Program-made: the position numbers and the translations under genes
In this document: piece by piece, positions 17,469 through 23,905 of the stretch
Layout of the letters: every line of letters begins with the position of its first letter
Position numbering within the stretch: the first letter of the stretch is position 1
The notes under the pieces: model-generated
Seen by the model: the letters and a program-made list of their open reading frames with translations, nothing else
Told to the model about the DNA's origin: nothing
The model's database searches: none
Source: an uncultured Opitutales bacterium
Lineage (GTDB): Bacteria; Verrucomicrobiota; Verrucomicrobiia; Opitutales; Intestinicryptomonadaceae
Assembly: GCA_934660865.1 (NCBI GenBank)
Contig: CAKUIA010000002.1
Location: forward strand, 120,001 to 152,000
DNA: 32,000 nt
Reading direction: 5' to 3'

Positions 17469-17996
17469 CTATTTTTTGCCCAGACCCAAAAAGGCCTTAA
17501 TTCTGTCTTTCCAGCTTGCCTTTTCGGCTTCGGAGGGCGCGGGGGCGTCGTTTTCGTCCCACCACTGGGGAACTTCGGTTTCGAGACCGGCCGTATGGCG
17601 TATTACATACACGACTTTCTTTATAAGCTCCTGCATGTCGTCGGGCAAGGCGCCCTTGAACATAAGGTCTATGTGGTGTATGTAGTGGTCGCTTTGCTTC
17701 ATGCTGCCGGGCACGCTTGTTATGGCGTAGATTTGCGGAATGGTTGCCGAAAACGCTTCGCTTGTAAGTTTGGCCACCGTTCTTTTTGCCATATTGCGCC
17801 TTACGTCGTCGAGGGTGTCGAAAATGAACGTCAACGACAGGTACTCGAGCGTGCTTGTGCTCGGGCGCGCAACCTTGCAAATGCCGTCTTTTTCGCCGCC
17901 GAAAGAATCGTCGTTCATTGAAAAGTCGAAAAATGCGAGGAATTTTTCGCCCTGTAGCATTTCAAGTAGTTTTTGGTCGTTGAATGAGCTTTCCAT
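17469..17996 (-). CDS. hypothetical protein (175 aa), first gene of the signalling/ABC operon
   Basis: ATG at 17996. Ends 11 nt before the phosphatase gene. I recognise no family motif and it is not STAS-like by eye. Acidic linker, then a C-terminal amphipathic basic tail (ASWKDRIKAFLGLGKK). Coding status is supported by operon position and non-antisense composition. Confidence 0.7.
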   Translation of the reverse strand: MESSFNDQKLLEMLQGEKFLAFFDFSMNDDSFGGEKDGICKVARPSTSTLEYLSLTFIFDTLDDVRRNMAKRTVAKLTSEAFSATIPQIYAITSVPGSMKQSDHYIHHIDLMFKGALPDDMQELIKKVVYVIRHTAGLETEVPQWWDENDAPAPSEAEKASWKDRIKAFLGLGKK

Positions 17997-18084
17997 ATTT
18001 TGTTTGAATTTTTGCGTTTAAAATGTTTGATATATTTCTGCTACAAGTTAAGCGCTTGTTGCCGTTTATTACAAGCACAAAACT

Positions 18085-18591
18085 ATGGATTATTCTTTAT
18101 ACACGCAGCAGGTTGCGGCTCTGCTTTTAAGCGCGGTTTTTATAATCGCGGCCGTCGGTTCGTTTTTGCCCCTTTTGCCGGGGCCCATGCTTGCGTTTGC
18201 GGGCGTGCTTGTATACAAGCTATTGTTCCCCCAATCGCTTGAGGGCTGGTCGCTAATATGGTTTTCGGGGGCGGCGGCCCTTGTTTCGCAAATTGCCGAC
18301 TATGCCTTTACGTATTTCGGCTCAAAAAAAATGGGGGCAACCTGGAAGGGTGCCTTGGGCGCAATAATAGGAGCAATAGCGGGCATTTTCATTCCGCCCA
18401 TGATTTTATGGATATTTTTAGCCCCCCTTATTTTTGCACTGCTTTTCGAGCTTTTGGGCGGACGCCCCTTGGGCGAAGCCGCAAAGGCGGGCTTGGGGGC
18501 ATTTTTGGGAACGGGGCTTTCGGCGGTATTCAGGTTTGCGGTTGTCGTTTCGATAGGCGCGGGCTTTTGGCTTGGGGTGCGCTTCGGGTAA
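18085..18591 (+). CDS. DUF456-family membrane protein
   Basis: FLPLLPGPMLAFAGVLVY..., YFGSKKMGATWKGALGAIIGAIAGIF and the Gly-rich TM helices match my recall of PF04306. Divergent from the 8-gene operon across 88 bp. Confidence 0.8.
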   Translation: MDYSLYTQQVAALLLSAVFIIAAVGSFLPLLPGPMLAFAGVLVYKLLFPQSLEGWSLIWFSGAAALVSQIADYAFTYFGSKKMGATWKGALGAIIGAIAGIFIPPMILWIFLAPLIFALLFELLGGRPLGEAAKAGLGAFLGTGLSAVFRFAVVVSIGAGFWLGVRFG

Positions 18592-18616
18592 AATCCCGGC
18601 TCGGCTTTCGGCAATA

Positions 18617-19477
18617 CTAGCGGCAGCTATCGACAATTTCGCAAACGCGCTTTAGCCCCGAAAGAACTTTCGGCGACGGCAAACAGATAATGTCGCTTTG
18701 TATGTAGAATATTTTGCCGAGCTTTGCCGCATTTGTTTTGCTCCAAATGCCGTCTTTTAGGTAGAAGGCCTTTTTCGACTCGAAGTCGCGTTCGTCTTTG
18801 GCCTCTACAATTATTATTTCGGGGTTTAAAGCCAAAACAAACTCTTTTTGCGGAACAAACCACCCGCCTGCGCCGCCCGTTGCGCAGTTTTCGGCCCCAG
18901 CATACTCCAGAATTTCGCCTGCAAACGAATTTTTGCCCGCCGCCATTTTGTCGAACATAAAAATGCACTTGGGCCTTCTTTTGCCCGCCGAATTTTCGAT
19001 TGCAATACGCTTTTGGCGGCGAAGCTCGGCTGCGACTTTTTCGCCCTCGTTTTTTCTGTTTAATGCGATGGCTACAGCCATTACGTTTTTGGCTATATTG
19101 TCGAAGCCGTCGCCGTATAGCGATATGTGGCGTATTTTAAGCAAATCCAGCCTCTTTTCCATTTCGGGGCAATTTTTGGACGCTATTATAAGCAAATCGG
19201 GGCCAAGAGATGCAATTCGCTCGTAATTTGGGTCTATTATTCCGCCTATTCGCGGCAAGTTCCGGTATTTTTCGGGCAGTTTGCAAAATTTTGAAACGGC
19301 AACCAGGCTATCCTGCGCGTTTATCGAAAAAACAATGTCGGTTGTAGAGGGCGAAAGCGATATAACGCGCATTGTTTTTTGCCCGAAATCGGCGGAGTTG
19401 CCCTGCGTATCGCAAGCGCCAAAAATTCGGGATACGCACAAAAACACCAGTAAAAATGCGGTAAAAACAGCCTTCAT
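18617..19477 (-). CDS. periplasmic binding protein, BtuF/TroA-like (cobalamin or Fe-siderophore type), probable lipoprotein
   Basis: Signal/lipobox ...IFGA-C22. RVISLSPSTTDIVFSI...LVAVSKFC...GGIIDPNYERIASLGPDLLIAS is the class III PBP signature. Confidence 0.8.
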   Translation of the reverse strand: MKAVFTAFLLVFLCVSRIFGACDTQGNSADFGQKTMRVISLSPSTTDIVFSINAQDSLVAVSKFCKLPEKYRNLPRIGGIIDPNYERIASLGPDLLIIASKNCPEMEKRLDLLKIRHISLYGDGFDNIAKNVMAVAIALNRKNEGEKVAAELRRQKRIAIENSAGKRRPKCIFMFDKMAAGKNSFAGEILEYAGAENCATGGAGGWFVPQKEFVLALNPEIIIVEAKDERDFESKKAFYLKDGIWSKTNAAKLGKIFYIQSDIICLPSPKVLSGLKRVCEIVDSCR

Positions 19478-19580
19478 AGCGCAATGTTTTATCTTTTTTT
19501 CAATAAAATCAATATTTTTGTAAAAAAAGCTTGCATATCCAAAACTTTTAGGCAGTATAGGCGACTTAAATTCCTAGTAC

Positions 19581-19657
19581 GGGCGATTAGCTCAGTTGGT
19601 TAGAGCGTCTGTCTTACACACAGAATGTCGTAGGTTCGAGTCCTACATCGCCCACCA
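19581..19657 (+). tRNA. tRNA-Val (anticodon TAC), CCA encoded
   Basis: GGGCGAT-TA-GCTC-AGTTGGTTA-GAGC-G-TCTGT-CTTACAC-ACAGA-ATGTC-GTAGG-TTCGAGT-CCTAC-ATCGCCC-A-CCA. The anticodon loop CT-TAC-AC gives TAC. Confidence 0.9.
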
Positions 19658-19678
19658 TTTTTTAAGTTTGTAAGCGCA

Positions 19679-20173
19679 ATGAAACACACAATATCGGCTC
19701 TTGTAGAAAATAAGTTTGGTGTTTTGGCCAGGGTTGCGGGAATGTTCAGCGGGCGCGGTTTCAATATAGAAACACTAAATGTCGGGCCGATGCACTCGGG
19801 TAAATACTCGCGCATTACGGTAACGGTTGCCGACGGTAAAAATACCGTAGAACAGTGCGTAAACCAGCTAAAAAAGCTTGTAAACGTAATAGAAGTTAAG
19901 GATTTTTGCGAAACAACCCCCTTTGTTGCACGCGAATTGATTATCGCCAAAGTTAAGTGCACAAGCAAAACGCGCAGCGAGCTTATAGAAGTTGCGGGGC
20001 TTTTTAGGGGCAAAGTTATAGACGTCGAAAGAAGCTCCCTTATAATAGAGTGCACGGGCAACCCGAACAAGATTGCGGCGTTTCTTTCGATGATAGAGCC
20101 TTTTGGTGTTATAGAAATGGCAAGAACGGGCAATGTCGCACTCGAAAGAGGCGCGGCGGGCAAAAAGCAGTAG
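19679..20173 (+). CDS. ilvN: acetolactate synthase small (regulatory) subunit
   Basis: MKHTISALVENKFGVLARVAGMFSGRGFNIETLNVGP is the ACT-domain N-terminus of IlvN/IlvH. 164 aa. Confidence 0.9.
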   Translation: MKHTISALVENKFGVLARVAGMFSGRGFNIETLNVGPMHSGKYSRITVTVADGKNTVEQCVNQLKKLVNVIEVKDFCETTPFVARELIIAKVKCTSKTRSELIEVAGLFRGKVIDVERSSLIIECTGNPNKIAAFLSMIEPFGVIEMARTGNVALERGAAGKKQ

Positions 20174-20206
20174 GTTTGCAAAAACCGCTTTTAGAAGGGC
20201 TTTTTT

Positions 20207-21250
20207 ATGCCGGTAAAAATATACACTGCAAAAGACGGCAACATTAAGCCGTTGAAAGGCAAAACGCTTGCCGTAATAGGCTACGGCGCACAGGGCAGAG
20301 CCCACGCATTGAATTTAAAAGACAGCGGCCTTAATGTAATTATAGGGCTATACCCGAAAAGCAAATCCATTGCGGCCGCCCGCAAACACGGCTTTGAAGT
20401 ATACACAACCGCAAACGCCGTAAAGAAGGCCGATGTTATTTTAATGGCCGCTCCCGATATGAAGCACGCCGAAATATACGAAAACGACATTAAGCCAAAT
20501 ATTTCGGAAGGCAAAACGCTTGTATTCATTCACGGAATGTCGATACACGCGGGCTTTGTAAAGCCGCAGGCGGGCATAAATGTTATTATGGTTGCCCCAA
20601 AAGGCCTGGGGCGCGAGGTGCGCGCGCAGTTTGTAGACGGCGGCGGAATACCGGCTTTGATTGCAACGGCCCAGGGCAACCGCGCCGAATGCAAAAAATT
20701 GGCGTTGGCTTGGGCGTGCGGCATAGGCTCGCTGCGGGCGGGCGTTATGGAAACCACCTTTAAGGAGGAAACCGAGGCCGACCTTTTCGGCGAGCAGTGT
20801 GTTCTTTGCGGGGGGCTTAGCGCCCTGGCTTTGGCGGGCTTCGAAACTTTGGTGGAAGCCGGCTACAAGCCCGAGATGGCATATTTTGAATGTATACACG
20901 AGCTTAAGCTTATAGTAAACCTTGTTGCCGAAAGCGGCTTTTCGGGCATGCGAAAGGCGATTTCCGAAACCGCAAAGTACGGCGACATTACCCGCGGGCA
21001 AAGGGTAATTGGCAAAGACGTAAAAAGGAGCATGAAAAAAATCCTTAAGGAGATACAGTCGGGCGAATTTACCAACGAGTGGAAAAAGGAATATGCGGGC
21101 GGCCTTGCAAAATACAACAAGCTTTTGGCTGCCGGCGAAAAACATTTGGCCGAAAAAACCGGAATGAGAATGCGCGCGCTAATGCCCTGCATTGCAAGGG
21201 AAAACATAAAGGGCGCAAAAGCTGCCTTTGCCGACGGCTACGCAAAATAG
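20207..21250 (+). CDS. ilvC: ketol-acid reductoisomerase (class I)
   Basis: VIGYGAQGRAHALNLKDSG, PDMKHAEIY, LFGEQCVLCGG and ECIHELKLIVNL are hallmark KARI motifs. Confidence 0.95.
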   Translation: MPVKIYTAKDGNIKPLKGKTLAVIGYGAQGRAHALNLKDSGLNVIIGLYPKSKSIAAARKHGFEVYTTANAVKKADVILMAAPDMKHAEIYENDIKPNISEGKTLVFIHGMSIHAGFVKPQAGINVIMVAPKGLGREVRAQFVDGGGIPALIATAQGNRAECKKLALAWACGIGSLRAGVMETTFKEETEADLFGEQCVLCGGLSALALAGFETLVEAGYKPEMAYFECIHELKLIVNLVAESGFSGMRKAISETAKYGDITRGQRVIGKDVKRSMKKILKEIQSGEFTNEWKKEYAGGLAKYNKLLAAGEKHLAEKTGMRMRALMPCIARENIKGAKAAFADGYAK

Positions 21251-21251
21251 T

Positions 21252-22112
21252 ATGGGCAAAAAATACAGGCTTGCAACCCGAAGCAGCCCCCTGGCTGTAA
21301 AACAAGCGCAAATGGCGGCCGACTTTTTGTCGCAAAAAATCCCCGGCTCGTCTTTCGAAATTTTAACCTACAAAACGGGCGGCGACCGCCGTCAAGACTG
21401 GTCTTTGGAAAAAATGGGCGGCAACGGGCTTTTTACAAAAGAGCTTGAAGACGCCCTTTTAAACGGCGAGGCCGACATTGCCGTGCACAGCGCAAAAGAC
21501 CTGCCCGTAAAGGTTGCAAACTATTTGTATGTTGCCGCCTGCCTGCCGAGAGACGCCGCAAAAGACGTGCTTGCCGTAAACGAAAATGTGGAAATTCCGT
21601 CTTTGATAGGTACGTCGTCGCCCAGAAGGCGAAGCCAGCTAAAAAAGATGTTCCCTCAGGCGGTTTGGAGCGATATCAGGGGCAGCGTGGAAACGCGCCT
21701 AAAAAAAGTCGCCTCAAACGAGGCCGACAGCTTGCAGGCGACAATACTTTCGTCGGCGGGGCTTTTAAGGCTAGGCATAAAGAGCTTTGACGGCGTTAAA
21801 TTTACCGAATTAAAAACCCAATGCTGCGTGCCCGCAGTTGCGCAGGGGATTATAGCGCTGCAGACAAGGTCGGACATTAAAGACGAAATAGAAAGCGTTG
21901 GCGACAAAACCGCAATGCTTTGCTTTGCGCTGGAACGCAAGTTTTTAGAGGCGCTAGGCGGCGGCTGCCAGGCTGCATTTGCCGCGCACTACGACGGCGA
22001 AGTTTTCCACATATTCCACGAAAACTGCGGCTACCAAAAATATATGTTTACGGGCGCAACCCTGCCCGAAATGCTGCAGGAAGTAGAACACATTGCAAAG
22101 GCGCTTTTGTAG
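21252..22112 (+). CDS. hemC: hydroxymethylbilane synthase (porphobilinogen deaminase)
   Basis: YRLATRSSPLAVKQA, DIAVHSAKDLP, GTSSPRRRSQL and the cofactor Cys in LGGGCQAAFAAH. I use the ATG at 21252 (MGKKYRLATR), 1 nt after the ilvC stop, rather than the overlapping 21228 start. Confidence 0.9.
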   Translation: MGKKYRLATRSSPLAVKQAQMAADFLSQKIPGSSFEILTYKTGGDRRQDWSLEKMGGNGLFTKELEDALLNGEADIAVHSAKDLPVKVANYLYVAACLPRDAAKDVLAVNENVEIPSLIGTSSPRRRSQLKKMFPQAVWSDIRGSVETRLKKVASNEADSLQATILSSAGLLRLGIKSFDGVKFTELKTQCCVPAVAQGIIALQTRSDIKDEIESVGDKTAMLCFALERKFLEALGGGCQAAFAAHYDGEVFHIFHENCGYQKYMFTGATLPEMLQEVEHIAKALL

Positions 22113-22140
22113 GCGCATAAATTTTCAAATTTTCCGAAAT

Positions 22141-22177
22141 CGGCAAAATCGCGCGCATTTTGCCGCAAAACTTTTTT
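22141..22177 (+). terminator. rho-independent terminator after hemC
   Basis: CGGCAAAAT (22141-22149) pairs perfectly with ATTTTGCCG (22157-22165) across the loop CGCGCGC. T6 at 22172-22177 lies 6 nt after the stem, which is somewhat distant. Confidence 0.5.
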
Positions 22178-22278
22178 GGGGAAATGCCGAATATCCTTTA
22201 CTTGACGCGTAGATTTAGTTAGTTTTAACCTACTTTTACACGCATATTTTATTAAACACAACAAAAAGGATATATAAG

Positions 22279-23625
22279 ATGGACAGAAGAAACTTCATAA
22301 AAAGCACGTCTGTATTGGGAGCTGCAACGGCCCTCGCCGGGTGCGCTACGGCAATAGGCAAAAATTCGCACGCATTGGGCTCCGACAGGGTTAAAGTGGG
22401 CTTGGTAGGCTGCGGCGGCCGCGGCACGGGCGCGCTTCGCAACATGATAGAAGCCGACCAAAACATCAAGGTTGTTGCCCTGGCAGACTTGTTCCCCGAC
22501 AAGATTGTAAGCGCAAAGAAAATCATAAACGACTTTCTGTCGCAAAAATACCCCAACCAAAAGAAAGACATTTTCGATTCGGAAAAGGTAAAGACTTTTA
22601 CGGGCTTTAACGCCATAGACGGGCTTCTTGCCGAAGATATAGACGTTGTAATAGAGGCAACCCCGCCCGTATTTAGAACCCCGCACTACGAAAAAATAGT
22701 AAAGGCAAACAAAAACGCCTTCCTGGAAAAACCCGCCTGCATAGACATTACGCAGGCAAGGAAAATGCTTGAATTGGCCGACGAAGCCGACAGGCGCGGC
22801 CTTAGCGTAGTTTGCGGCACTCAACGCCGCTACCATGCGGGCTATCAGGAAGCAATAAAGCGTTTGCAAGACGGCCAAATTGGCGACATTGTTTCGACCC
22901 AGTGCTACTGGAATTCGTCGGGCTATGTGGGCGACGGCCAATACAAAAACCTTGTAAAAAGCGGCGTAATGAAGGGCTTGACCCCCGACGACATGGAATA
23001 CCAAATCAGAGACTGGTTTGCGTTTATCTGGACTTCGGGCGACCACATAGTAGAACAGCACGTACACAACATAGACGTTATAATGTGGGGCTTGGGCGAC
23101 AACCGTTTCCCCGTGGAAGTAAGAGGCTTTGGCGGAAGGTCTACCGACTTGCCCACACCCGAATACGGCGACAGGTTCAGCCACTTTGCAATAGACTTCG
23201 ACATGGGCAACGGCCTTAGACTTGCAAGCTTTTGCCAGCAAGACCCGAAAGCCGCAAGCGAACAGGCCGAAAGGTTTATAGGAACAAAGGGTATTTTGTA
23301 TTCTTCGTTGGGCGGCAAGATTGTTATGACCGACCTTAAGGGCAAAGTGCTGTGGAATGCGCCTACGAACATCAACTGCCTTGTAGACGAACACCGCTAC
23401 TTGCTTAACTGCCTAAGAAACGGCGTAAAGGTAAACAAAATCAGGCCGTTGGTAAATTCAACCCTCTTGGCGATAGCGGGCAGAATGAGCGCATTTTCGG
23501 GCCGCAAATTCAAGTTCGATTGGATGGTTAAAAAGTCTAAAGAAAACATTGTTCCCGAAAACATCTCGTTTAGGAAGAATCCCCTTGCGGGCGTTCCCGT
23601 TCCCGGCAAATACCAGCTTTCCTAA
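22279..23625 (+). CDS. Gfo/Idh/MocA-family NAD(P)-dependent oxidoreductase, TAT-exported lipoprotein
   Basis: Twin-arginine motif DRRNFIKS, then lipobox LAG-C22. Rossmann motif KVGLVGCGGRGTGA, and a Gfo/Idh/MocA C-terminal domain. Confidence 0.85.
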   Translation: MDRRNFIKSTSVLGAATALAGCATAIGKNSHALGSDRVKVGLVGCGGRGTGALRNMIEADQNIKVVALADLFPDKIVSAKKIINDFLSQKYPNQKKDIFDSEKVKTFTGFNAIDGLLAEDIDVVIEATPPVFRTPHYEKIVKANKNAFLEKPACIDITQARKMLELADEADRRGLSVVCGTQRRYHAGYQEAIKRLQDGQIGDIVSTQCYWNSSGYVGDGQYKNLVKSGVMKGLTPDDMEYQIRDWFAFIWTSGDHIVEQHVHNIDVIMWGLGDNRFPVEVRGFGGRSTDLPTPEYGDRFSHFAIDFDMGNGLRLASFCQQDPKAASEQAERFIGTKGILYSSLGGKIVMTDLKGKVLWNAPTNINCLVDEHRYLLNCLRNGVKVNKIRPLVNSTLLAIAGRMSAFSGRKFKFDWMVKKSKENIVPENISFRKNPLAGVPVPGKYQLS

Positions 23626-23644
23626 TTTTTGGGAAACTTTAAAA

Positions 23645-23677
23645 CAAAAAACGGCGCCTAATCGGCGCCGTTTTTTT
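23645..23677. terminator. rho-independent terminator after the oxidoreductase gene
   Basis: CGGCGCC (23652-23658) pairs with GGCGCCG (23664-23670) across a 5-nt loop. Flanked by an A-run (23645-23651) and T7 (23671-23677). Confidence 0.8.
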
Positions 23678-23820
23678 GCAATTAGCCCTAAAGAAATCAA
23701 GAATAATATACGAATTGCGTATAAATTTATAGTAATCGGGCAATATTATACAAAATCCGTATATTTTTTGCGTGTTATTTGCGAAAATTTAAAGATTGAA
23801 CCTAAAAACAGACTATAAGC

Positions 23821-23858
23821 AAAAAAGCCGCCGCAAGTTTTTCGAATTTGCGGCGGCT
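23821..23858 (-). terminator. rho-independent terminator of the rhamnosidase gene
   Basis: GCCGCCGCAA (23827-23836) pairs with TTGCGGCGGC (23849-23858). On the minus strand the stem is followed by T6 (complement of A6 at 23821-23826). Confidence 0.8.
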
Positions 23859-23905
23859 GCGTGTTCAACAAGTTTTTTATCGGGCAAAATCCTCAAAAAA
23901 TTTGC

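Noticed and set aside
17002-17685. 227-aa plus-strand ORF.
   Set aside because: It is antisense to the REC-PP2C gene and the end of the 175-aa gene. It would break a tightly coupled operon, and it shows no family signal.
19478-19580. Looked for a cobalamin riboswitch upstream of the BtuF-like gene and for a T-box or attenuator before the ilv genes.
   Set aside because: The region is only 103 nt and is shared with the tRNA-Val promoter. I saw no B12-box-like or specifier/terminator-antiterminator structure.
19600-21145. Minus-strand ORFs of 193 aa (19600-20181), 145 aa (19868-20305) and 234 aa (20441-21145).
   Set aside because: They are antisense to ilvN and ilvC, and the first even runs through the tRNA-Val gene. 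Their low-complexity Arg/Phe/Lys composition and lack of motifs mark them as shadow ORFs.
21228-21251. Upstream start for hemC overlapping the ilvC 3' end.
   Set aside because: The conserved HemC N-terminus begins at MGKKYRLATR (ATG at 21252), directly after the ilvC stop. The 8 extra residues have no support.
22252-23394. 380-aa minus-strand ORF, the longest unexplained ORF in the track.
   Set aside because: It lies entirely antisense to the well-supported Gfo/Idh/MocA gene. Its composition (Val/Phe/Tyr/Ala/Arg/Cys-rich, no recognisable motif) is typical of a shadow frame, and it has no independent start context or terminator.
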